From the NCBI RefSeq assembly GCF_009914755.1, contig NC_060925.1: 64,000 nt of DNA; one strand, 5' to 3'. Position 1 is the first letter of the stretch, and each line of letters opens with the position of its first letter. The translations under genes and the position numbers were made by a program. The stretch is from the human T2T-CHM13v2.0 reference genome, Homo sapiens. This document shows, in pieces, positions 16,862 to 35,964 of the stretch. The notes under the pieces are model-generated. The model saw only the letters and a program-made list of their open reading frames with translations. It was not told the origin of the DNA and searched no databases.

Positions 16862-19344
16862 GTAAACTGATTTTTTTTTTTAACAGGGAGGGTTTGACAA
16901 TCTTTGGCAGACTTGGAGCAAAAGATTGAGGTGCATTTCATGCCTCCTTTTGAGAGTCTTGCTCTGTCGCCCAGGCTGTAGTGCAGTGGCGCAATCTTGG
17001 CTGCAACCTCAGCCTCCCAAGTAGCTGGGATTACAAACATAAGCCACCACGCCCAGCCCTCATACCTCTTTTAAAAGTCGACCTGTTTTGCAGAAAGTCT
17101 GCTGTTTTTGTACTAAAGGCTTTGGAATTTGGCATTTAGCTAGGAATGCACATTCTTTCACCTCATTCATACTTTAAGAACCACAGAAGTGACTCTGCTT
17201 GGCCAGAAGGCACACTGTGTTGGTGGTTATATTAAAAGTCCTTGAGTATTTTGCTTTTCATGATCTTGCTCACTGCAACTTCCGCCTCCCAGGTTCAGGC
17301 GATTCTCCTGCCTCAGCCTCCCAAGTAGCTGCGACTACAGGCGTGTAGCACCACACCTGGCTAATTTTTGTATTTTTAGTAGAGATGAGGTTTCACCATA
17401 TTGGCCAGGCTGTTCTCAACTCCTGACCTCGTGATCCGCCCACCTCAGCCTCCTAAAGTGCTGGGATTACAGCTGTGAGCCACCCTGCCCGGCCACTTTT
17501 GTATGATTTCTAATGTATTTGTAATTTACCTAACAAATTGCCTAATCTGCTATGTTAATGTATTTATGAATTAAAATAAATACGACTGCATGTTTGTGGT
17601 TCATTTTTGTGGAGGTGGCTGTGGTGACATCAGCCAAGAATCTGAATGGTACTGTTGAAGGAAACTAGCATGATAGCTTCAGTTCTAAAGGCCCTGAAAC
17701 CTAGTCTCAGGTGGGTCCCCCTTGGGTTCACTTTATATTGGCAGTTTATTGGGAAAATGGATATTAGGTCCTGACCAATAGGACCGTAAGTCTGGGTTGA
17801 GTGCAAGATGAGTTAGACCGATTCTTTAGCTTCCTGCAGTGTAGTGGAGGAAAAATCGATGGTAGCAACGGGAGGTTGTATCCCTAGCTGATGAGTTGTA
17901 TGAGCCTCTACTACCTGGCGCACCTCCGCCTGAAGATTGCCAGAATTGCTTGCCTCATGACGTGAGTCACAATGGAAACTTTGTCAAGCCCCCTGCACTG
18001 GCTGCCAACATAAATGTTCAGTACCCTGAAGGATGGGACTGAAGGGGGATCATCTAGAAGGTAAAGTTACCTACTGGCATAGGGGAGGTGGGACAGCCGT
18101 TAAGCCATTTGGAACTTGATGGAGACAGGTTTGAGGGAGGTGGGTGAGATTGGAGTTTGGTGGACTGTAGAGCTTGCTTGCCAAGGTGTTGAGGTCAGGG
18201 TTGGTTTGAGAATGGAAGCTAGTTACTAGCTATGATTGTGGGGGAACACAGCTTGATTTTTCTTACAAGCTAAGAGGAGTGAGGCAGTGTTTAAGAGGGC
18301 ATGTTAAATGCAGCCAGGCTTGGTGGCTCACACCCGTAATCCCAGCACTTAGGCTAAGGCAGGCGGATCACAACATCTAGAGATCCTGGCCAACGCGGTG
18401 AAACCCTGTCTGTACTAAAAATACAAAATAACTGGGCATGGTGGTGTGCACCTGTGGGAGGCTGAGGCAGAATTGCTGGAACCCGGGAGATGGAGGTTGT
18501 ACTGAGCTGAGACCTTGCCACTGCGCTCCAGCCTGGTGACAGAGTTAAGTCTCAAAAAAAAGGCATCTTCCTAAAGCAATTGTATTTGTGCTTACCTGTG
18601 CCAGGCACTGTTCTAGGTAAGCACTAAGTGGGCTTTAATACAGCATATTCCAATGGGGAATCCCAGGAACCAAAAGACTAATTGTCCAAGTCCACAACTA
18701 GAAGTGGCACCTCTGCAGAAACAAGCATCAAATTCCCTGCTCAGGAAGAAGCCAGATGAGTCAGCCCCATTCGTCTGTATGCCCAGTCCCATCCGTGTCC
18801 TGCTGTAACTACATAGATCTCACCTGAGTAAAGTGATTTTTTTCTGAACCAGTGGTTTTAGTATGTTTTCAATCCATATACTCAGGTGGGTTTGGGTAAC
18901 TGCAGTGCTGGGCAGGAAATGAATGAATTTCTATTGACTTGCAAGGTAGAGGTGAAGCAAAGCTGTCAGTAGGTGTTCAGGTCCCACTCTGCTAAACTTC
19001 AGCTTGCAATACCCCTTTTTTAGACTTTCCAAACAGGCACTTCTGGCCTTGTTCTTTGTGTAGGCAGACAGTATTGGTTGCCTATCTTAGGAGTACTAGA
19101 CTGGGTTTGAATCCTGATCCCACCACTTGCTGTTCATGAGACTTTGGGTGAGTTACTCAGCCCCTCTGCCTCAATTTCATGTTCACAAAATAAGTGATAA
19201 ACTACCTCATAGAGTTGTAATAAGGACAAAGGAGTTGGTATTTGTGAAAAGATTCTTAGGGTCTCTAGATGGAGTGCAGCAGCATGATCACTTATTAAAT
19301 AACATTCTTTTGTGACTTCTCAGAAACCAAGGATACAGTATCCA

Positions 19345-24476
<5,132 letters not shown>

Positions 24477-24680
24477 GTTGAGGTCTCCTTCCACCACTTG
24501 TGTGAAGACCCCAGAAAACTTGCTTTACCTCTTTAAACTTCAGTTTTCTTATCTTCCAACTGCCATGAGGTTTTTGTGAGGAACAAATGAGCTGACATGG
24601 ATGTTTCTGTAGTTAACAAAATAAAGGGTCTTACAAAATAGGCAATAATAATAATAATCACTTATTATTATTACATGAAG

Positions 24681-25092
<412 letters not shown>

Positions 25093-25949
25093 TCAGTTCA
25101 GTTGGTAAGAACTCATCAAAAGTGTCCATCTAGACTTTGGGTGCCGTAGAATGACTCAGAGTCTGAATCAACATGAAATCGAGAAAACGTCCTTTGCAAG
25201 GGTTTCAGGGAACACCTGAAATCCTGAAGAACTGTTTGTATCCATCCTGAAGAATGGGTGTTAATAAGAGACAGCCTTTTCTTGGTACCTGTTTTCCATC
25301 TCTAACCCAACCCCAACTCACACCCTTCTATTTTATCTGGTCTCTCTCATTCCTCTTGCTCCTCCCCACTTGGCTCCCGTTTTCCCCAAGTCCATTCTCT
25401 ATTTTGTTCTATAAGATCTGATCATATTAGGATGCTCTTGTAGCTCATAAGAAGATGACTGGGTGTTCACACGCATATGAGATGTGCCTCCCTCAAACCT
25501 TGTTAAGACATGGGCACATACCCATCTGATGTTAACTCACGGGGAAAAAAATCTGATCATGCCATTCCCGTGCCCAAATTCCCATATATCCCTACTGCCT
25601 CAGGATAGAGGCTGGACCCCTTAGACACACAAGACCCTGTATCCATGATCTGTCACTCCCACAGGCACCCTCTACTCCCATCTACTTGGCAGTTTCCCAC
25701 AACCTCCCTGGGTTCTCGTGGTTCCCTGTCATTGCAAACGTCGCTTCTCCTAGGATGTCCTGCCCCCCTAGACTTAACTTGGAAAGCTGTTCTTAAGCCC
25801 CGGACTGAGTCAGATGCCCCTCTGGGTATCCCTGTCATAGCGTTGTGTGGTTGTTGATAGTCTGATTTTTCAACCTTCTCCATGCCCTCTTGAGGGTAGG
25901 GAAGATGAGTATCTTTTTTCTCCGTACAGACCCTACCGCACAAGATTTT

Positions 25950-26950
25950 CCTAAACAGACCGAACTCAAGGAGTCTTTCTGGTTGTTAGTCCACGTGTCC
26001 CGATTTGGGGTTTCCAAAATACACGCCCACTGGAACCGGGCCAGGGGAGCCAGCCTGGCCAAGGGCTCCCCCAGCCCGGCCAAGGGCTCCCCCAGCCCGG
26101 GAGCGCGCCACATGCAGATCCTGGGATGGCCGCCAGGGGCCGCCGGGCTCTTTGTTTTCCTTTCTCACCCGGGTCGGGGCCAGAGGCCTGCAGAGCGCAT
26201 GCTCTGGGGCAGTTCGCGGCCCGGCGGGGAGCGCCGGAGTTCCTTGTGGCCGACGTGCACCAAGGTAGGTCTCGCCTGGGACGCGCGGAGGGTCCGGGCA
26301 GAGGGCGGTAAGCGGAGCGGCCACAGCCGGAGCACGGGCCGGTCCACGCGGGCCTAAGTCGCTGCCCGCTCTCGCCCGTGTCGCGCGGCGCCGGCCCCAC
26401 GTGAAGCCCGGAGGCAGGAAGGCGCGGTGCGGGCTCGCGATTCCCCGGCCCCGCGGGGCGCTCCAGCGGCGGCTGGGCGCTGCCTCGCTGGAGCTAGGGC
26501 CGCGCGGCCCCTCCGCCGCCGCGCCTCTCACGCCCGCACCGCGGCGCCCGCGCAGGCGGGAGATTCAAACTGCGCGAGCGCGGCGGGCCGGGTGCGCGCG
26601 GCCGCCCGGGCGGGGGATGGGTCTCTGCCGCGAGGAGGATGGTTTTGTCCGGCATGCGCTTGGAGAAGGCGGTTTGCAGATCGGGGAGGGAGCCCTGCCC
26701 GGGAGAGGGTGGGTCGTAGGAGCTCGAGGGTCTCCCGCTGTGGACCTTTGGGAGCCGTGTGTCTTGAACTCCGCAGCAGCTCAGTCTGTCAGCAGATTAT
26801 TTGCTGGCCATTTATTGCGTCCCTCTCTTGCGGGGCTGGGGGACAGTAGTGAGAAGAGCAGGCCCGTGTCATTAGCGAACTATGCCCTTGAACCCAGGCG
26901 ACGGACGCTACTGGCAAGTCATTCATACGTCACATATTGACCTAACTTCG
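25950..26950 (+). promoter_or_regulatory. RCC1: CpG-island promoter of RCC1 (downstream/alternative), with first exon ending at donor 26264|gtaggt
   Basis: Very high GC/CpG density, NRF1 gcgcatgc (26195), GC boxes, CDE/CHR-like GGCGG-N4-TTCAAA (26555-26569), consensus donor CAAG|gtaggt. Confidence 0.8.
26057..26098 (+). repeat. 21-bp perfect tandem duplication ggccaagggctcccccagccc x2
   Basis: Read directly; a degenerate third copy lies just upstream (~26039-26056). Confidence 0.9.
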
Positions 26951-27655
26951 ACCACGTGTGACTTGTGTGCCCTAGCAGAAGTTGAGTGTGTGGGGTGTTA
27001 CGGGGAGCCCTCAGGGGGATCCCCCACCCTGCCCAGGAGGCTCAGGGATGGCTTTCCAGGTGAAGTGACTCTTGAATGGGGTTTTGAAGGAACAGAGTTT
27101 TTCAGGCAGTCTGAGGGTAGTGGGATTAGGGTGATACAGGCAGAGGGATTGCACGTGCAACGGCATGAAGGTATAGGTATTGTGGTCAGGGATACCACAG
27201 GTCTTGAGGTGACTGGAGGAGGAGAGTAACAAGATGATACAGCAGGGGCTGGGTCACGAAGCGTCTTGTGTGCAAGACTAAGGAACTCTGCGGGGTGGAG
27301 GAGGCAGGGAAGATTTCCCCCAAGAAGGGTATCAGAGTGAAACCTGGACAGATGAATTAGGAGTTCACGAGGCTCCTGTTTCAAAGACATCCCAAGAGCA
27401 GGAATCCTGTTCTGTTCATCGTTACAACTTTCTCATCAGATGCCCTTGGGCAACCCACCCAGTCCCCCAGAGCATTGGTTTCCTTATCTGTAAAGCAATG
27501 GTAGGGGGCATGTGGTGAGGATATAATTTTTTTTTTTTTGAGACGGAGTTTCCACTCTTATTACCCAGGCTGGAGTGCAGTGGCGCGATCTCAGCTCACT
27601 GCAACCTCCACCTCCTAGGTTCAAGCAATTCTGCCTCAGCCTGCTGAGCAGCTGA

Positions 27656-27877
<222 letters not shown>

Positions 27878-30475
27878 TAGTATAGTGTCGTGCTCTCAGT
27901 CGCTGCAGCCTCCACCTCCCGGGTTCAAGCGATTCTCCTGTCTCAGCCTCCCGAATAGTAATATCCTATAATTTTCATAAAGCAGTGAAGTTGTGTGTCC
28001 CTTCCCCCAGGAAAAATGAACACATAGGCCCAGGCACAGGTTGTATAGAACGGGGATCCCAGGTGAGAAACTCCTAGTGTGAAATATACCACCTGTGTGC
28101 CTGGCATAACAGCAGCTCACCAAATGTATATTGTTGACACATGAGCCCTCTCCTCCCTTCCCTCCTGGGGACCTTACACACAGAGATTTTTCAGCCTTAG
28201 TCTGGCAGGCAAGTTCTTCCTCCTGGTGTGGGGGACGGAGGGCACAGCTGCAGTGGCCTGGGAGGGCTCTGTCTCCTTTTACAGAAATCGAGGCTGTGGT
28301 GAGGTCACTGGAGGTCAGGGCAGGAGCACCAGGCTCCGGGCAGACTGTCTAGACTGGCGTGCCTACCCACTTTCTTCAATAAATAAGGAAGGTGAGGTGG
28401 GGGTAGGGCAGCTCCAGCTCTGGTGGAGCATGGTCATGAGACTGGGATTTCATTCCACCTCTCTGTGACCTGGGTCACCTTTCCCTGAGCCTCATCTTCC
28501 CCTTAGCTGTAAAACTGGGATGAGTCTGCTCACCTCAAAGGGCAGCTGTGGGCATTCAGGAGTGCCTGATGGTGGAAGCTGACTCTGTAGCCGACTTATC
28601 TGTGACTGTCTCACTCTTCTCCCAGAGACTGTATGCTCCTTGAAGATGGAAGCTGTGTTGTGTGGGGCGGGGTGGGGAAGCATGATGCCAAAAGCCAACT
28701 CCTTATTCCCAGCCCAGACACTCACTGCCTGGTTAAGAAAACAGCCAGAGAGGCCGGGCTCGGTGGCTCACGACTGTAACCCCAGCAATTTGGGAGGCCA
28801 AGGTGGGCAGATCACCTGAGGTCAGGAGTTCAAGACCAGCCTGGCCGACATGGTGAAACCCCGTCTTTACTAAAAATACCAAGCAGTTAGCCAGGCGTGG
28901 TGGCTTGCGCCTGTAGTCCCAGCACTAGGGAGGCTGAGGCGGGAGAATCGCTTGAACCTGGGAGGCGGAGGTTGCAGTGAGCTGAGATCGTGAGTCTGAA
29001 CTCCAGCTTGGGCAACAGAGTGAGGCTCCATCTCAAAAAGAAGAAAAGAAAAGCAAATAAAGGAAAACACACCCAGAGCAGTGAGAGAAGTCTGTATACA
29101 AGACCCATTTGTGCAGTAGAGGCTGTGCAGGCAGGTACCGGGAACAGGGCTCCACCTTTTAGAAGGTGGTCCTCTGGCCGGGAGCAGTGGCTCACGCCTG
29201 TAATCCCAGCACTTTGGGAGGCCGAGGTGGGTGGATCATGAGGTCAGGAGATCGAGACCATCCTGGCTAACACGGTGAAACCCCGTCTCTACTAAAAATA
29301 CAAAAAATTAGCTGGGTGTGGTGGCAGGCGCCTGTAGTCCCAGCTACTCGGGAGGCTGAGGCAGGAGAATGGCGTGAACCTGGGAGGCGGAGCTTGCAGT
29401 GAGCCGATATCGCGCCATTGCCTCCAGACTGGGCGACAGAGCGAGACTCCACCTCAGAAAAAAAAAAAAAAAAAAAAAAAGAAGGTGGCCCTCCATCCCC
29501 TGCCCTTCCCTGGCGATTGCCAGCCCAGTGCAGGGCCTCAAGTCTTCCATTTTGGAGAGGAAGCCTCTGGGACTAAAAGAGCACTCAGGTGCCGTCTCCA
29601 CCGCAGCAGGGAGTTGTCGCCACTGTCCTTCCCCACATCTGTGGGTGGATCTGTCACCACCCACCCCACCTTCCCTCAGGCTCTAGCTGCCTCATTGTCT
29701 CCTCTCTGGTCTCACCATCCTCTCCTCAGCTGGCTTCTGCTCTCTGCTTCTTGGACTTGGCCAAGTGCATAGGGGATACTGGGGAGGCCTGCCCAGACTG
29801 CCTTAGCCCCTGCCTGGACCAAGGTCTGCCTTCAGAATCAGTCAGATAGGCCTGGGTTGCTTTTCTAGGCTGCCCTTTACTTGCTCTGTGAACTTAGGCC
29901 GATAAAGTTATCTTTCTGAGCCTCAGTTCCTTAACTGTGAAATAGGAGTGACAGTGCTGCCTTCTTCAGCTTCCTGTGAGGAATAAAAGGGTTTTGCATA
30001 TGGAAGATACAGTGAGTTAGCCGGTGCCCCCAGGGGCTCATATTTTAGGAAGTTGATTGGTATGGTGGACAGGCATGTAAATTAAAGTGATTGTGATCCA
30101 AAAGTCTGTCCCAGTTTCTCAGAGAGAATGACTAGTTCAGGATGGAGGAGGGATCAGAGGAGGTGACTTTGAGACACCAGTAGATGTTCTTCCAGTGGGA
30201 TAAGGGATGGGAAGGCGTTCCAGGTAAAGAGATGCAAATAGTATGGAGAGGACAGTTAGCATTCTGGCCTGGTGGGTCTGGCAAGGAGATTGTGTGGGAA
30301 GAGAAGGGAGGATGTGATAGATAGGAAATGAAGCTAAAGGTTCTGTCAGTACCCGATGTTGGAGACCTCTAATACCCAGCTAAGAAATGTGGGCTTTATC
30401 TTCCAGGAAAAGGGGACCACTAAGGAGTCCAAGCAGGCCAGCAGCTTGCTTCAGGTTTGAGGTTTGGAAAGATCA

Positions 30476-30737
<262 letters not shown>

Positions 30738-30950
30738 CTACAGCCTGGGCAACAGAGTGAAACCCTGTCTCAAAAAAAAATAAATATATATATGTATATA
30801 TATACACACACACATATTTATTGATCACGAATGACTTGGAGAATGAGAGGAGGGGATGAGGGTGGGGACCGGAAGACCAGTGAAAAGTTGCTGTCTTTCC
30901 TAGGGAAAGGAGGAGGAGACACAGTTCCAGGCAAGCTGAGAGACTACTAG

Positions 30951-31256
<306 letters not shown>

Positions 31257-31657
31257 TGAGCCACCGCGCCCGGCCAGAAGAAATTTCTAATAACACTCAA
31301 GGACGCCAGCTCTGGAGTCTGACTAACTTGGTTCAGATCTTGGCCTTCTCTTCCAATCTTGAGTGAGATACTTCACCTTTCTGAGCCTCAGTTTTCTTCT
31401 CTGTAGAGTGGGATCATTGTGGCCAGCTTGTAGTGAAACGCTCCAGAATATTAGCCAAACACAACTAAGGAGATGTTGACTGGGTTTGTTCCATCCATGA
31501 TAACAGATTTTTTGGTTAATGCCCCATGACACCAACACTTCATATAGCCCTTATGTGTCTGACTCCATTCCGGGCTGTGCTCATGGCAGCCCAGCCATCA
31601 GCACCAACTGTGCTGACATAATTGTTTCCTGCTTTTTCTCCTGACTTCTTATTGTGA

Positions 31658-32123
<466 letters not shown>

Positions 32124-32885
32124 TGACATCCTTTCTGGGATGGCTCCCAAGCACTTCAGATTGAATGAAAACACCTAGCAACATGGAGCTTCACGTCTCT
32201 TCTCTCCTGTTTGTTCAACAGTGTTCTCTATCTCACTACATGGAAGTCTACCATCTACCTGGTCATTTAAGCCCAAGCCTGGGAGTCTTTGTGTTTGGCC
32301 AAGCTCATAGGGGGATCTTGGGCAGGCCTGCCAAGAATCCTCTGGACTTTTTTAGGATGAACAAATCAAGCCAAGTGCTGTGGCACGTGCCCATGATCCC
32401 AGGCTCTTGGGAAGCTGAGGTGGGAAGATCGCTTGAGTCCATGAGTTCGAGGCTGCAATAAGCTAATTGCACCACTGCACTCCAGCCTAGGTGACAGAGT
32501 GAGACCCCCTCTCTTAAAAAAATAAAATAAAAGGCCAGGCATGGTGGCTTACACCTATAATCCCAGCACTTTGGGAGTCCAAGGCTAGAGAATCGCTTGA
32601 GCCCAGGAGTTCGGGACCAGCCTGGGCAACATGGCAAGACGTTGTTTCTGCAAAATATACAAAAATTAGCCGGGCGTGGTGGTGCACACCTGTAGTCCCA
32701 GCTATCCAGGATGGCTCAAGCCCGGGTGGTTGAGGCTGCAGTGAGCCATGACCATGCCACTGCACTCAAGTCTGGGCAGGACCCTGTCTCAAAAATAAAT
32801 ACAAAGGATGAACAAATTATGAGAGTAAAAAAGGGTTAGTCTCCTTTATCCTTGCTACACCTCCTCACCCAAAGCCAAGCAGTAG

Positions 32886-33338
32886 TGTAGCAGGATAAGC
32901 CGCAGACAAAACCCCCCAGACACCGAGTTAAAGAAGGAAGGGCTTTATTCAGCTGGGAGCTTTGGCAAGATTCACGTCTCCAAAAACTGAGCTCCCCGAG
33001 TGAGCAGTTCCTGTCCCTTTTAAGGGCTTACAACTCTAAGGGGGTCTGCATGAAGAGGTCGTGATTGATTGAGCAAGCAGGGGATATGTGACTGGGGGCT
33101 GCATGCACTGGTTATCAGAACGGAACAGAACAGGACAGGGATTTTCACAGTGCTTTTCCATACGATGTCTGGAATCTATAGATAACATAACCGGTTAGGT
33201 CAGGGGTCGATCTTTAACCAGACACAGGTCGCGGCGCCAGGCTGTCTGCCTGTGGATTTCATTTCTGCCTTTTAGTTTTTACTTCTTTGGAGGCAGAAAT
33301 TGGGCATAAGACAATATGAGGGGTGGTCTCCTCCCTTA
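32886..33338 (-). mobile_element. Solo LTR2-family (HERV-E) LTR, antisense in RCC1 intron
   Basis: Reverse complement begins TAAGGGAGGAGACCACCCCTCATATTGTCTTATGCCCAATTTCTGCC and ends ...CTACA. 4-bp TSD GTAG (32882-32885 / 33339-33342); minus-strand AATAAA at 32944-32949. Confidence 0.88.
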
Positions 33339-34272
33339 GTAGTAAAGCACTATAAATATTTGTGGATTTACAACCATTTCATTCAGTCTTGATGACAGCC
33401 CTGAGAAGTAGTCATTGCATCCCCTTTTATAGATGAGGATACAGTTCAGAGAGGTTAAGGCAACTGGCCAGCCACAAGCTCTGGAAGGTGAACCCAGTTC
33501 CCTCTAATCCCAAAGAATGTGCACTTTTTAGTGTGGGACAAGGGGTCTCAAAAGACAGGTGGGAGGATTCTCAGCCCTGGGAGAATAAAAGTTGGGTGAA
33601 GTTCAGAACTGCCACCTCATCAGTCAGAACTGGGCCAGTGACAACCTGCAGAAGCTCAGCCTGCAAAGGCTTATCAGGATTCTAGACCTTTGGTTACTTT
33701 CCCATCTTTAGTATTTAGTTCTCCTTCCCCAGGATAATCAGCAGAAAAGTGCCTGGCCTTGTGTCCATATACCATGGAGGGGAGAGCTAGAGAGGCGAGG
33801 TTCTCGGGAACCACTAGAAGGAAGGAATGAGGGGGCTGCTGGTTAGGCCCAGAGCTGAGACCGAGAAGGGCTCTTGGAGTTCTCCTTCCCTTCGTAACAT
33901 TAGGTAGAGGCTTAGACAACTTGATTGTTTTTCATGACCTTAAAGACTGTGGCTCCGGCCGGGCATGGTGGCTCACAGCTGTTGTAATCCCAGCACTTTG
34001 GGAGGCTGAGGCGGGTAGATCGCTTGAGCCCAGGAGTTCTAGACCAGCCTGGGCAACTTGGCAAAACCCTGTCTCTACAAAATATATAAAAATTAGCTGG
34101 ACACTGTGATGCGCACTTGTAGTCCCAGCTATTCTAGAGGCTGAGGTGGGAGGATCACCTGAGCTCAAGAGGTCAAACCTGCAATGAGCCGTGATTGTGC
34201 CACTGCACTTGAGCCTGGGCAACAGAGAGTGAGATGCTGTCTCAAAAAAACAAACAAACAAACAAACAAAAA

Positions 34273-35195
34273 CAAGTACTTGATGACTCCATTGGGGTCA
34301 ATTATGAAGAGACCTCTTAGTGCAAGACCAGGACCTTCTAACAGCACACCGAAGTCTCGAGAAATTCGCTTAGTTAAATCTGACAAGGGTGCGATGTTTA
34401 TGTGGCCCAAAGCACCATTCTTTCTTGGTGTATTTATCCAGGCAAGACGGCTAAAGTGGGAATCCACTGAGACTGCAACAACTTCAAAGTTCACATCGTG
34501 AAATTCCTTAGCTTTGTCACTAGAAGCAACAATTTCTGTAGGACACACAAAGGTGAAATCCAAAGGATAGGGCTGGGCGCGGTGGCTCACACCTGTAATC
34601 CCAGCACTTTGGGAGGCTGAGGTGGGTGGATCACCTGAGTTCAGGAGTTCAAGACCAGCCTCACCAACATGGTGAAATCCCATCTCTACTAAAAATACAA
34701 AAATTAGCCAGGCGTCGTGGCAGGCGCCTGTAATTCCAGGTACTCAGGAGGCTGAGGCAGGAGAATTGGCTTGAACCCAGGAGGGGGAGGTTGCAGTGAG
34801 CCGAGATCGTGCCACTGCACTCCAGCCTGGGTGACACAGCAAGACTCCGTCTCGGAAAAAAAAAAAAAAAGAAAGAAATCCAAAGGATAGAAGAAAAGCA
34901 CCAAATATTTCCCCTCAAAGTCATCAAGGCTTAGGTCTTTGAACTCTCCATTGACCACGGCTGTACCCTTAAAATAGGGCGCATGCTGGGTGACATCAGG
35001 TGCATGGTATGAGGAACTGGTACCAGAATTTTGCTTGACCGGAACCAGACCACAATATGTTTGTCAAACTTGTTCTTCCAGAAGCAGCAGGCCTGAGGGC
35101 TGCAGTGGCAGAAATGCCCCCAAGGAATGGCACTCACATGCCGGGCAACTGATGCTCAGAGTAACCTTCCCACAGCAGCCGCGATCTTCAGTGCA
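34273..35195 (-). pseudogene. Processed PRDX3 (mitochondrial peroxiredoxin 3) pseudogene, Alu-interrupted and 3'-truncated
   Basis: Intronless homology from the leader to ...[33 protein letters not shown]...[15 protein letters not shown]. Start codon mutated to ATC (35185), early TGA (35158), frameshift, and an Alu at 34571-34874. Confidence 0.93.
34571..34874 (+). mobile_element. AluS-type element inserted into the PRDX3 pseudogene
   Basis: 16-bp TSD gaaatccaaaggatag at 34555-34570 and 34875-34890. Confidence 0.93.
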
Positions 35196-35805
35196 TGTGT
35201 GTTTTTGTTTTTTTGAGACAGTGTCTGTCTCTTTCGCCCAGGCTAAAGTACAGTGGCACAATCTCAGCTCAATTTAGCCTCAGCCTCCCAGGCTCACGCC
35301 ATCCTCCCACCTCAGCCTCCTGAGTAGCCAGGACTTCAGGCGTGCACCACCATGCCCGGCTAATTTTTGTAATTTTTTGGATAGAAATGGGGTTTCGCCA
35401 TGTTGCCCACGCTGGTCTTGAACTCCTGGGCTCAAGCGATCCTCCTGCCTCGACTTCCCAAAGTGCTAGGATTACAGGTGTGGTGGCACCTTGTCTCTAA
35501 AAAAAATCAATCAATTAAATAAGAAAAGAAAATAGCTCTTCTCCCCCTCTGATTATAACAACACATTACCAAAGTTACTGGTGCTTACATGGGGTTGAAT
35601 GGAGTTATGATGGATATTTCATTTAATGTTGTTCTTCAATGTTTTAATTTTTTACAACAGACTTAAAAATTTTTTAAATACATGTGGCCAGGCACGATGG
35701 CTCACGCCTGTAATCCCGCACTTTGGGAGGCCAAGGTGGGTGGATCATCTGAGGTCAGGAGTTCAAGACCAGCGGGACCAACATGGAGAAACCCCATCTC
35801 TACTA

Positions 35806-35964
<159 letters not shown>

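Noticed and set aside
25890-26940. Overlapping 140-181-aa ORFs on both strands
   Set aside because: Expected stop-codon depletion in a GC-rich CpG island; low-complexity Arg/Gly/Pro/Ala sequences with no recognisable domain.
34273-35195. Functional PRDX3 gene copy
   Set aside because: Start codon mutated, early stop and frameshift, Alu insertion in the FYPLDF motif, and C-terminus missing.
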